The notes beneath the pieces are model-generated. The model had not been told where the DNA came from. It ran no database searches and worked only from the letters and a program-made list of their open reading frames with translations. A program made the translations under genes and the position numbers. 64,000 bases of DNA, taken from Octopus vulgaris (lineage: Eukaryota). The stretch covers positions 194,370,001-194,434,000 of the forward strand of contig OX597814.1 of NCBI GenBank assembly GCA_951406725.2, read 5' to 3'. Below are positions 53,001-62,404 of this stretch, one piece after another (within the stretch, counting starts at the first letter, position 1; every line of letters starts with the position of its first letter).

Positions 53001-56000
53001 TTTAATGCTACGATGCCTTTACATGATCAATTCAAAACAATTTGATTACATAAGCATTACGTTTGCCAGAATAATCTGAATACTAAAGGGTTAAGCCACA
53101 TCCCTTCACACTACATGTGGGGAAAACTGGGGGTGGGAGATGTGAAAGATGAAAGGCTGTCCATTTTGAAGAAAATCAGTAGACAATATAATTGGAGGGA
53201 GAGAAAAGGGATCTTTTCGGTTTGAACAGCAGTTCTTTCTAGCGGTGTCATATGAAATTGTCACCCATAATTATGACCCTAGTATCGATCTATTGCATTT
53301 CAATCTGTTTTAGGGTTAGGGGGAAGGGTATCTTTTTTTCTTCACAAATGTAAATAAACCCAATCTGTTTCTTAAACGAAGGACATATTCATACGGCACA
53401 ATGTTTTTTAACTCAATAGACATCAATGATTGGTTGAAATTGCAGAAATTGAAGTAAAAAAAAAAAAACCAAATCTCTTACAAACTACAGAATTTTCTCA
53501 ATAAAGCCAAGAGAAAAAGATGTTTTATAAACACATTCTACCAGCATACGAAGTTTAAAATTTTATTTAGTTACCTAGAAATTATGTTAAAAACTGCCGT
53601 TCAAACCGAAAAGATATACTCCATACTTAATTGTCCTATGAGGTGTTTAACCCTTTAGTGTTTAAACTGGCCAAATCCAGCCCAATATATTCTACATGTT
53701 TTATATTCAAACAGGCAATATCTAGCCTCTCACACCTAACCTACAATGCCATTCTGAAAATAAACAATCACATCATTGAAATCTCAAAGCTATAAGATAA
53801 TGCTTGATTAATTCAAAATAATTTGAGTGAAAAAGTATTACATTTAACAGAGTAATCTGAACACTAAAGGGTTAATGTTAATAGAACAATATTGGAGAAG
53901 AAAATATAATGTAAAGAAAGAAAAGAAAAAAGCAAGAAACAAAAATACCTTTTCATTATAAATCTCTAAAAATGACAATTTCATTTTATAAGTATGCATT
54001 TCATTTGTAGCAGTTTCAACGGTCTGGAATAAATCCCTTAATGCTTGTGGTACAATTCCTGGATTATCACTGGTTCCGATCATTGTATAGGTTTTTCCTG
54101 GAAAGGATAAATCAAAACCCAGTGGTGAGACTTAAAATATTTCAAATAATTAAAAAAAATGGAAAACTAATTTTTTTAAAAAAAAAAAAAGCTCTTTACC
54201 TGTTCCTGTAGCTCCATATGCCAAAACTGACATATTTTCTCCATTGAAGACTTTATCCAATTTAGGTGCCACGAAGGTTTTATAAACATCATCTTGGGTA
54301 CTGTCAGCATCAAAGACTGTAGTAAACCTGAGGAAAGGATGAATAACACTTTGAAGAAATTGAAAACAAGTTAATCAAGAATTAAACTGGAGGTTAAAAA
54401 AGAGATACAAGCAGTCAGAATAGAAAAACTGGTGTAGATTTCATTCAAAGTTCAGCAGTAGACAAACAGAAATATGGTGCAAAAAAAATTAAGCTTTACT
54501 TAGAGAAACACTTTCTTACAATGTGTCATCAAGTGCTACAAGGACAAATGTTACACAGCAGACAAGATGACGGAAGTTAAGATCCAATTTAATATAAATA
54601 TGCTAAAGAATTGTAGCAAAATGGTGTTAATAATAGAATGTAGTTAGGGCTTCTCCAATTATACAGAATTGCCTTTTATATGACAGTCACAAAAAAAAAA
54701 AAAAAAAAAACTTGGCGAAGAGTAAGAAAATTCAAGCAAAATGTAAGCTAGATTGGTTTTGAAGCTGAAACTAAATGTTGCACTAAATATGCCCATGGGC
54801 ATATGGTGTAGTGGTTAAGAGCGCAGGCTACTAACCCCAAGATTCCAAGTTCGATTCCAAGCAGTGACCTGAATGCTAATAATAACATCAAAAAATTTGG
54901 AATGAGAACCCAGGTTCGAAATTTCCCCAAAACACCTGAAGAAGGCTGGAGGGTATATCAGCGGAAACATGTTTACAAACAAGATGAGGACAAATATCCG
55001 TTGAATGTAAATAATGAAAAATAATGTAAATGTTGCACTATTTAAACTGATTACTGCAATAACCTTTCATTATTTTGAATACTGAAGTAGGCCAGAAAGT
55101 GAGATGAGCCTCATACTCTACAATTGCTACTTCATGCAAGCTCAGAAATTATCACCCAGTCTCATGAAGAAACAATAGGCTTTGTCATCAACAAATTAGC
55201 AGAGTTCGAGAAAATAGAGACACAAGAGATGACATGGTTGATACCCAATACCCAAAAAATAAAATAAAATAAATAAATGCGCCCTTTTAAAGCCTAGCCA
55301 GGCTCATGGGCCCGGTTTCTATGGCGTATGTATTCCCCAGCTGGACGGGACGCCAGTCCATCACAGCGTTACTCATTTTTGCCAGCTGAGTGGACTGAAG
55401 CAACGTGAAATGAAGTGTTTTGCTCAAGAACACAATGCGTCGCCTGGTCCAGGAATCGAAACCACAATCTTACGATAATGATGCTGACACACTAACCACT
55501 AAGCCACGCGCCTCCACTCTCAATACCCAAACAGTTCTGGAATTTCCAGTGGAAAACAAGTTGAGACATTTTATACATCTTCCTATTCACAATAAGATTC
55601 GAGTCCAAAACTGATTGGAACATCAAGTTAATCAGTATTCACAGGATACAATCACCACTACCAACACCCATGCATCACATAAGCACAACAACATTATCTG
55701 CACTTCAAGAACCTCCACTGGCAACTTATCTGCTGGAAATAAATCCCTCTTCACCAACTCACATCATCATCATCATCATTTAACGTCCGCTTTCCATGCT
55801 AGCATGGGTTGGACGGTTCAACTGGAGTCTGGGAAGCCCAAAGGATGCACCAGCCCAGTCAGATCTGGCAGTGTTTCTACAGCTGGATGCCCTTCCTAAC
55901 GCCAACCACTCCGAGAGTGTAGTGGGTGATTTTATGTGCCACCGACACAAGTGCCAGACGAGGCTGGCAGACGGCCACGCTCGGATGGTGTTTTTTATGT

Positions 56001-57251
56001 GCCACCGACACAGGTGCCAGACGAGGCTGGCAGACGGCCACGCTTGGATGGTGTTTTTTATGTGCCACCGACAGGTGCCAGACGAGGCTGGCGAACGGCC
56101 ACGCTCGGGTGGTGTTTTTTATGTGCCACCGACACAGGTGCCAGACGAGGCTGGCGAACGGGGCCACGCTCGGATGGTGTTTGTTACGTGCCCACAGCAC
56201 GGAGGCCAGTCGATGCGGTACTGGATCTTTTGTTTTGACTCGAATTCTATAAACATACTATTCAGTAATTTCCACTAGCATGTGTTGTCAAGTGGCAGTT
56301 GACGTATTGAAGTAGAAAGAGAAGGCTAATGGGTTGTACGTCTGTTCCTGTGTGCGTGCATGTGCTTGGTCTATTTTATGTATCTATGTGTGGAATGTAG
56401 ATATAACGAAATTACGCCAACAATGTCAAAGCAGGTAAGAAATATGCAAACTCAAATTTTTTAGGCGCAGGTGTGGCTGTGTGGTAAGTAGCTTGTTTAC
56501 CGACCACATGGTTCTGGGTTCAGTCCCACTGCGTGGCACCTTGGGCAAGTCTCTTCTACTATAGCCTCGGACCAAACAAAGCCTTGTGAGTGGATTTGGT
56601 AGGCGGAAACTGAAAAAAGCCAGTCGGGTGTTTGTGTGTCCCCCACCATCGCTTGACAACTGATGCTGGTGTGTTTACGGCCCCGTAACTTAGCGGTTCA
56701 GCAAAGAAACTTATAGAATAAGTACTAGGCTCACAAAGAATAAGCTCTGGGGTCGATTAGTTTGACTAAAGTCGGTGCTCCAGCATGGCCAGTCAAATGA
56801 CTGAAACAAATAAAAGAATAAGGATTTTTTAAAGTTTAAACCGGCCATATCTGGCCCAAATATTCTACATGTTTTATATTCAAACAGGCAATATCTAGCC
56901 TCTCACACCTAACCTACAATGTCATGCTAAAAATAAACAATCACATCATTGAAACCTCAAAGCTATAAGCTAATGCTTGATTAATTGAAAACAATTTGAG
57001 TGAAAAAGTATTACATTTAACAGAGTAATCTGAATACTAAAGGGTGTAGGAAATTACCAAGTAGTATGTTTAGAGAAGGTTCCCCATTTCATTACTCACT
57101 TGTATTTGATATTCTGAGTATAGTCTCTATGATTCACGATTTCCAAGCTGTCTTTCTCACAGGTGATGCAGCAAGAATCTGCTTCAATAAATTGGGGTCG
57201 CACTCGAACAGCAACCTCTACTCTATTCTGAAGTGCTGGTTTAGACTCCAT
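28470..57251 (-). CDS. KIF22: Kinesin-like protein KIF22/Kid (kinesin-10 chromokinesin), 15 coding exons, 602 aa from Met 57251
   Basis: Hand-spliced GT-AG exons with fully compatible phases (1809 nt including stop). N-terminal motor with VAVRVRP, P-loop GATGTGKT, LEIYNE, switch I NSHSSRSH, switch II DLAGSE, IPYRDSKLTRLLQ; C-terminal helix-hairpin-helix LLN..HTVGTRRA..W..HGPFEKVEDL. Confidence 0.9.
28883..29427 (+). mobile_element. Non-autonomous Helitron with a family B SINE (28895-29059, minus) inserted at its 5' end
   Basis: A|TC start; 3' hairpin atgacccgg-caaca-ccgggtcat then CTAG|T; SINE flanked by duplicated gtaatctctatatata. Confidence 0.8.
29765..30050 (-). mobile_element. tRNA-Arg-like SINE (OR-type)
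   Basis: Reverse complement begins ggaggcgcaatggcccagtggttagggcagcggactcg; homologous to 62744-63123. Confidence 0.75.
30231..30545 (+). mobile_element. tRNA-headed SINE with a minimal hammerhead-like motif, copy 1, preceded by an inverted copy of its own 3' part
   Basis: tRNA-like head 30301-30370; ttgatga-aggctg..tagcc-gaaa at 30432-30463; 30231-30298 is the reverse complement of 30447-30511. Confidence 0.75.
30614..30845 (+). mobile_element. tRNA-derived SINE family B (Nin/Deu-like domain)
   Basis: ggcggcgagctggcagaaacgttagc...gagttcaaattccgccgagg..gcctttcatcctttcggggtcgataaa.aagtaccag. Confidence 0.85.
31191..31250 (-). CDS. KIF22: KIF22 exon 14 (VEDLNQILDLGEKYVSTFMH)
   Basis: Second half of the HhH domain; ttgcag/gtaagt. 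Confidence 0.88.
31300..31690 (+). mobile_element. tRNA-derived SINE family A
   Basis: A/B-box-like head, CORE-like tgggcaagt, internal (TA)n. Confidence 0.85.
31754..32169. mobile_element. Merlin-type MITE
   Basis: TIR ggatcttttcggtttgaacggcag, decayed 8-bp TSD, internal TTAGGG-like repeats. Confidence 0.8.
32266..32473 (-). mobile_element. SINE family C 3' part (ggaagggcatccagctgtagaa domain, (GAT)n tail)
   Basis: Same sequence at 35197, 36829, 39860, 51164, 55763 and 58070. Confidence 0.8.
32474..32560 (-). pseudogene. RNU6: U6 snRNA retropseudogene lacking the 5' stem-loop
   Basis: Reverse complement ..ctaaaattggaacgatACAGAGAagattagcatggcccctgtgcaaggatgacacacaaattcgtgaagcattccatatttt matches U6; the three internal differences are all at CpG sites. 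Confidence 0.93.
33270..33530 (-). mobile_element. CR1/L2-group LINE 3' end directly after the exon 13 donor
   Basis: NVFTVRVAEAWNKLPASVVSCRSTASFK..., 3' UTR and (ATT)n tail. Confidence 0.8.
33540..33664 (-). CDS. KIF22: KIF22 exon 13 (HhH DNA-binding domain)
   Basis: ILCLLNSQNKADILLLHTVGTRRADLIYDWQQEHGPFEK; phase 1 to 0. Confidence 0.9.
34938..35066 (-). CDS. KIF22: KIF22 exon 12 (contains basic IRKRRY, a possible NLS)
   Basis: Phase 1 to 1, ttctag/gtaagt. Confidence 0.8.
36040..36186 (-). CDS. KIF22: KIF22 exon 11
   Basis: Phase 1 to 1, ttctag/gtaagt, open frame. Confidence 0.8.
36280..36501. mobile_element. piggyBac-type MITE (TTAA TSD)
   Basis: TTAA|cccttta...taaaggg|TTAA; copies at 49197-49413, 52563-53090, 53651-53871 and ~56834-57044. 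Confidence 0.75.
37130..39070 (-). repeat. Dense array of family B SINE copies and relics around exon 10
   Basis: At least eight same-orientation units separated by (TAA)n tails; best preserved at 37625-37855. Confidence 0.75.
38333..38442 (-). CDS. KIF22: KIF22 exon 10 (ELLKDIQERTRMLK..., coiled-coil-like)
   Basis: Phase 2 to 1, aag/gtgagt. Confidence 0.75.
39522..39771. mobile_element. hAT (Charlie-type) MITE
   Basis: TIR cagtggttc/gaaccactg, imperfect 8-bp TSD ctgtaaca/ttttaaca. Confidence 0.7.
41615..41774 (-). CDS. KIF22: KIF22 exon 9 (Ser/Gly-rich linker with GNTS-type repeats)
   Basis: Phase 1 to 2, ctgcag/gtgagt. Confidence 0.8.
41886..42385. mobile_element. Tc1/mariner-pogo-type MITE
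   Basis: TA|ccgtatttgacggcata ... tatgccgtcaaatacgg|TA. Confidence 0.85.
43069..44205 (+). mobile_element. Tc1-like transposon pseudogene, right TIR missing
   Basis: TA|caggggttggacagaataatggaaacacc left TIR; DLSNFQRGQIVG, TAELN..VSTKTVCRELH, RKPLLS, WKNVLFSDES, FQGNN.PLHTAK, AVITAKG. Confidence 0.85.
44249..44396 (-). CDS. KIF22: KIF22 exon 8 (DSFGG...TLNFATKSKKIVN)
   Basis: End of the motor domain; phase 0 to 1. Confidence 0.92.
44511..44870 (+). mobile_element. tRNA-Arg-like SINE (OR-type)
   Basis: ggaggcgcaatggcccagtggttagggcag..ggtttcgattcccagac. Confidence 0.75.
45558..46198 (+). mobile_element. Non-autonomous Helitron (same family as 28883-29427) with an internal ~275-bp insert
   Basis: A|TC start; hairpin atgacctggc-gtt-gccaggtcat then CTAG|T. 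Confidence 0.85.
46238..46282 (-). CDS. KIF22: KIF22 exon 7 (KRIPYRDSKLTRLLQ)
   Basis: 45-nt exon with the microtubule-binding motif; phase 0 to 0. Confidence 0.93.
46398..46745 (-). mobile_element. SINE family A
   Basis: Reverse complement of the family A consensus; further copies at 47035-47352 (-), 48084-48478 (+), 49470-49800 (-), 56463-56820 (+), 61591-61992 (+). Confidence 0.85.
47826..47901 (-). CDS. KIF22: KIF22 exon 6 (MRESSCINKSLFVLHEVVDAIRSRQ)
   Basis: Phase 2 to 0; kinesin INKSL helix. Confidence 0.92.
48693..49035 (+). mobile_element. tRNA-derived CORE-type SINE
   Basis: ggcgcatggctcagtggttagagcg..ctcgaatccc; tgtgttcttgagcaaggcactt (CORE-like); flanked by duplicated tagtatactga. 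Confidence 0.8.
49833..50006 (-). CDS. KIF22: KIF22 exon 5 (switch I and II)
   Basis: NSHSSRSH, FVDLAGSE; phase 2 to 2. Confidence 0.93.
50947..51092 (-). CDS. KIF22: KIF22 exon 4 (LIDLL...PAMSQR)
   Basis: Phase 0 to 2, AG/GT. Confidence 0.92.
53209..53615. mobile_element. Merlin-type MITE
   Basis: Same TIRs as 31754-32169. Confidence 0.75.
53949..54097 (-). CDS. KIF22: KIF22 exon 3 (GKTYTMIG...LEIYNEK)
   Basis: Phase 1 to 0, AG/GT. Confidence 0.93.
54200..54327 (-). CDS. KIF22: KIF22 exon 2 (FTTVFD...AYGATGT)
   Basis: Phase 2 to 1, AG/GT; first half of the P-loop. Confidence 0.92.
54786..55026 (+). mobile_element. tRNA-headed SINE with a minimal hammerhead-like motif, copy 2, 14-bp TSD
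   Basis: TSD taaatgttgcacta at 54772-54785 and 55027-55040; A box tggtgtagtgg 54804-54814; B box gttcgattc 54849-54857; aacac-CTGAAGA-aggctg..cagcg-GAAA at 54931-54967. Confidence 0.8.
55275..55515 (-). mobile_element. tRNA-derived CORE-type SINE
   Basis: Reverse complement ggaggcgcgtggcttagtggttag..gtttcgattcc..tgtgttcttgagcaaaacactt. Confidence 0.75.
55763..56222 (-). mobile_element. SINE family C with an internal ~60-bp minisatellite (about 4-5 units)
   Basis: Repeated tttatgtgccaccgacacaggtgccagacgaggctggc..acggccacgctcggatggtg. Confidence 0.8.
57100..57251 (-). CDS. KIF22: KIF22 coding exon 1 (MESKPALQNRVEVAVRVRP...QNIKYK); exon acceptor boundary at 57277
   Basis: ttttgcag acceptor, gtgagt donor; reading frame is open upstream to the acceptor (GKYLLASST). 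Confidence 0.9.
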
Positions 57252-57730
57252 AGTGCTGCTAGCCAGGAGATATTTACCTGCAAAACATAGAAGACAACAT
57301 ATATGTTCACTTAAGAGAAAGAGGTTTTACAGAGACACCGTGGTGCTATCTAGGAGCTATTTACCTGAAGAATATACATGTATGATCATTCAATGTACTA
57401 GAAATAGCAGTCAAATCTCTCTCAAACCAAATACCCACCTTAAGTGTGATCTACGATTCCCTGCACCTGACAGAGGCAACATCTGATCACAATACTGTAC
57501 CAATCAGGATTAACCAGGTACTAAACAACAATTGCTAGTTTTCATTTAACAGGTTTGGATTCTCCATATAAAACTATGAAGAAATTTCGATAAAGAGTGA
57601 AAATTTTGGGATCCGGTGGCGAGGTTATGAAACACCTTATAAACCCCCACCCACTAATTTTCTTTTTCGGAATGAATTTATGGGTAATTGTTTAGTTTAC
57701 GTTTGTAAATATTCTACACGTTGGAATATG

Positions 57731-58895
57731 GGATCTTTTCCTTTTGAACAGCAGTTTTCAACACAATTTCTAGTTAACTAAACACTTTTAAACTTTGTAT
57801 ACTCGTAGAATGTGTCAAAATAAAACATTTTTTCTCTTGGCTTTGAGAAAATTGTAATTTGTTTGTTTAATGTAGTTTAATTTTTCGAATTTTAACCAAT
57901 CCTATGCACTCTATTGAGCTAAAATCATTTGCTGCGTCTAAAACTGAGACAACATTCTGTCACTGTTGTGTTTACGTTCGGAAAGCATGTGTATAAAATT
58001 ATAGAATTATTTTGTTTGTTAATTGTTTAAATTATTTTCCATTGCTTTCGTTTTTTCTTTTTCTTAATGTTCCGTTCGTATCCGTTGCCAGCCTCGCCTG
58101 GCCCCCGTGCAGGTGACACGTAAAAGCACCATCCGTTTGTGGCTGTTTGCCAGCTCTGTCTGGCCCCCGTGCCGGTGACACGTAAAAGCACCATCCGTTT
58201 CGTGGCCGTTTGCCAGCTCTGTCTGGCCCCCGTGTTGGTGGCATGTAAAAGCACCATCCGTTCGTGTCCGTTGCCAGCCTCGCCTGGCCCCCGTGCCGGT
58301 GACACATAAAAGCACCATCCGTTCGTGTCCGTTGCCAGCTCCGTCTGGCACCTGTGCGGGTGGCACGTAAAAAGCACCCACTACACTCACGGAGTGGTTG
58401 GCGTTAGGAAGGGCATCCAGTCGTAGAAACACTGCCAGATCTGACTGGGCCCGATGAAGCCTTCCAGCTTCACAGACCCCAGTTGAACCGCCCAACCCAT
58501 GCTAGCATGGAAAACGGACGCTAAATGATGATGAATGGAAAATAGTTTAAACAATACACGTGTATCTCAAAACAAAAACAAAGCGAATAATTTTAGACAC
58601 GCGTAACAAATTAATTTAACAATTAAGAAAAAAGGCTAAAATTTAGGGTTAGGGTGAGGGTTAGTGACAGGATGTCTGTTTTAGACGCAGCAAATGATTT
58701 TAGCTAAATACAGGCCACCGATTGGTTAAAATTCGAAAAATTAAACTACGTTAAACTTACAAATTACAATTTTCTCAAGAAAGCCAAGAGAAAAAAAAGG
58801 TTTTATTTTGACACATTCTACCAGTATACGAAGTTTAAAAGTGTTTATTTAACTAGAAATTGTGTTGAAAACTGCCATTCAAAAGGAAAAGATCC
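57731..58895. mobile_element. Longer Merlin-type MITE variant with a nested family C SINE and minisatellite (58070-58534)
   Basis: TIR ggatcttttccttttgaa; TSD ggaatatg/ggaatacg; long internal inverted repeats. Confidence 0.8.
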
Positions 58896-59545
58896 GGAAT
58901 ACGTACAATTATGCAAGAATAAAATACAAATTGGCAGAATTCTGGTTTAAGCATGGAAAGCGGACGTTAAATGATGATGATGTAGCCTCACATTTTTGGG
59001 CGTTTTCAGAAAATTTTTGCGAATGTGTTCTCTTAAGTACTATTCTAGTCCTCGATAAAGCACAAAGAATAAGTCCTGGGGTTGATTTGCTCGACTAAAG
59101 GTGGTGCTCCAGCATGGCCACAATCAAATGACTGAGACAAGTAAAAGAGTGAGAGAGAAGAGGTTCAGTTTCCCACCCACACCCCACCTTTTTCAAACCA
59201 AAATAAGTGGTTTGTGACACATTAGGTCAGGGTAGTTGATTCCATCAGAAAAATTCAAAGCTTTCTCGGAAATTTCACAGACCCGGTTAATGCTTACAAT
59301 ATTACCCAACAAAAAAACTAGTACAACAGGTGCAAAATTGTATGAAACGAATGAATAAATGCGCGCAAACCAACAGATGTAGGTGGGGTTACGGTTTTCA
59401 AAAAAAAAAAAAAAAAAATCGCTCTTTCAAAATTTCAATTACCCCTCCCGGAATCTGGCTTTTTTTTTTTTGCGAAAACCGATGAAAAATAAGATTACAA
59501 TTCAGGGCCAGACTTCCGTCGCCACCCCCCAAATAAACACCTTTT

Positions 59546-59721
59546 GGCAATCTTTCGTCTCTAGTAGACCTTTCCGTCGATTTCCGTAAAAAAAATTTTT
59601 TTTTTTTTACATATGGGCTTGCAGGAACTTTTGAAGTAATGAGAGTAAAAGAAACTAAGAGAAAGCGATTGTATGACGAGGGAAATTCTTTTGAAGTTAC
59701 CGTGCATGGGAAGCATTGATG

Positions 59722-59759
<38 letters not shown>

Positions 59760-59981
59760 GATAGGGTGTGGGAGACAGACAATATGTTGTGTAAGTGAAG
59801 TGCTTCTGTTAGTATGTGTGAAGAGACAGAGTAATGTGTGAAAGAGAGATAACTGAATTTTTTTACTCGGTGTATGTGTATATGTATGTATATTACTTCA
59901 AAAGTTCTCGCAAGCCCATATGTAAAAAAAATTTTTTTTACGGAAATCGACGGAAAGGTCTACTAGAGACGAAAGATCGCC
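59546..59981. mobile_element. MITE with ~95-bp TIRs (GG...CC termini)
   Basis: ggcaatctttcgtctctagtagacctttccgtcgatttccgtaaaa.. vs ..ttttacggaaatcgacggaaaggtctactagagacgaaagatcgcc. Confidence 0.8.
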
Positions 59982-60208
59982 CCGGCCTTTTTTTTTTTTT
60001 TTTTTTGCGAAAACCGTTGAAAAATAAGATTACAATTCAGGGCCAGACTTCCGTCGCCACTCCCCAAATAAACACCTTTTTTAAAATTCTTTTTTTCGAC
60101 ACAAAACTCCCTTTTCGGCTACGGGGAATATGAATCTGCAAAAAATTGCAAAAATCGATATTTTTAATTTACCACCCCCATTTCCTTCATTTTATTATAA
60201 TCGAACTG

Positions 60209-60604
60209 GGATCTTTTCGGTTTGAACGGCAGTTTTTCTAGCGATATCATGAATGTCACCCATAATTATGACCCTAGTATCGATCTATTGCATTTCAATC
60301 TATTTTAGGGTTAGGGGGAAAGGTATCTTTTTTTTTTCTTCCGAAATGTAAATAAACCCAATCTATTTCTTAAACGAGGGACATATTCATACGGCACAAT
60401 GTTTTCACCTCAATAGACGTCATTGATTGGTCGAAATTGCAGAAAATGAAGAAAAAAACAACATATCTTACAAACTATAGAATTTTCTCAATAAAGCCAA
60501 GAGAAAAAGGTTTTATAAACACATTCTACCAGTATACGAAGTTTAAACGAGTTTAGTTACGTGGAAATTATTTTTAAAAACTGCCGTTCAAACCGAAAAG
60601 ATCC
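60209..60604. mobile_element. Merlin-type MITE with a perfect 8-bp TSD (tcgaactg)
   Basis: TSD at 60201-60208 and 60605-60612; TIR ggatcttttcggtttgaacggcag. Confidence 0.9.
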
Positions 60605-60828
60605 TCGAACTGTCATTTGCTTCCACGGAAATACCTGAAGTTAAATGTCTTGATTTTGTCGAGTTATATCGAAGGAATGCCGACAAAAGTTTCAAAACAT
60701 TTCTGTAGTTATGGTTAAGGGGAAAAAGTCAAAATTGAAGAATTTTGGGTGAGGAATACATAAACAGAACAAGCACGCACACACAGACGTACAAACCATT
60801 AGCTTCCTCTTTCCACGTGCTCACAGAT

Positions 60829-61413
60829 CGAGCTGGCAGAAACGTTAGCACGCCGGGCGAAATGCTTAGCGGTATTGCGTCTGTCGTTACGTTCTGAGTT
60901 CAAATTCCGCCGAGATCGACTTTGCCTTTCATCCTTTCGGGGTCGATAAATTAAAGTACCAGTTACGCACTGGAGTCGATGTAATCGACTTAATCCGTTT
61001 GTCTGTCCTTGTTTGTCCCCTCTGTGTTTAGCCCTTTGTGGGTAGTAAAGAAATAAGTATTGCGTCTGTCGTTGCGTTCTGAGTTCAAATTCCGCCGAGG
61101 TCGACTTTGCCTTTTCATCCTTTCGGGGTCGATAAATTAAAGTACCAGTTACGCACTGGGGTCGATGTAATCGACTTAATACCTATGTCTGTCCCCTCTA
61201 TGTTTAGCCCCTTGTGGGTAGTAAAGAAATAGGTATTGCGTCTGTCGTTGCGTTCTGAGTTCAAATTCCGCCGAGGTCGACTTTGCCTTTCATCCTTTCG
61301 GGGTCAATTAAATAAGTACCAGTTACGCACTGGGGTCGATGTAATCGACTTAATACCTATGTCTGTGCTTGTTTGTCCCCTCTATGTTTAGCCCCTTGTG
61401 GGCAATAAAGAAA
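60829..61413 (+). mobile_element. Head-to-tail trimer of SINE family B
   Basis: One full unit followed by two 5'-truncated units, each starting at gtattgcgtctgtcgttgcg. Confidence 0.85.
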
Positions 61414-61751
61414 CATATTGCCGAGGGCTTTGTTTACAAATCTACACAAAACGAAATATACCTCTTTTTCTCTTAACACCTGTTGCACTAGTTTTCTTTG
61501 TTTCGCTTTTGTTTCCGGGTAATATCGCAAACATTAAATTGCTTTCTGCTATCTCTTTACCCATATTTTTAGATAACATTTGGCAGAGATAGGCGCAGGA
61601 GTGGCTGTGTGGTAAGTAGCTTGTTTACCAACCACATGGTTCCGGGTTCAATCCCACTGCGTGGCACCTTGGACAAGTGTCTTCTACTATAGCCTCGGGT
61701 CGATCAAAGCCTTGTGAGTGGATTTGGAAACTGAAAGAAGCCCGTCGTATG

Positions 61752-61787
<36 letters not shown>

Positions 61788-62035
61788 CGTGTGTGTATTT
61801 GTGTGTGTGTCCCTAGCATTGCTTGACAACCGATGCTGGTGTGTTTATGTCCCCGTTACTTAGCGGTTCGGCAAAAGAGACCGATAGAATAAGTACTGGG
61901 CTTACAAAAAAATAAGTCCCGGGGTCGAGTTGCTCGATTAAAGGCGGTGCTCCAGCATGGCCGCAGTCAAATGACTGAAACAAGTAAAAGAGTATACGCT
62001 TTCGAGAGTGTGAATTACATAAGAGTGAAAATTCG

Positions 62036-62404
62036 GGATCTTTTCGGTTTGAAAGGCAGTTTTTAACATGATATACTGGTAGAATGTGTTTGTAAAACAT
62101 CTTTTTCTCTTGGCTTTATTGAGCAAATTTCATAGTTTCTAAGGTATTTGGGGTTTTTTTTTTCTTCAATTTCAACCAATCAATGACGTCTATTTTAGGT
62201 GAAAACATTCTGTGCCATATGAATATGTCCCTCGTTTAAGAAACAGATTGGGTTTATTTACATTTGTGAAGAAAAAAAAAAAGATACCTTTCCCACTAAC
62301 CCTAAAATAGATTGAAATGCAATAGATCGATACTAGGGTCATAATTATGGGTGACATTCATATGACACCACTAGAAAAAACTACCGTTCAAACCGAAAAG
62401 ATCC
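62036..62404. mobile_element. Merlin-type MITE with a perfect 8-bp TSD (aaaattcg)
   Basis: TSD at 62028-62035 and 62405-62412. Confidence 0.9.

Noticed and set aside
55915-56200. CRISPR-like repeat array
   Set aside because: Whole units repeat with no unique spacers, inside a SINE in eukaryotic DNA; no cas genes.
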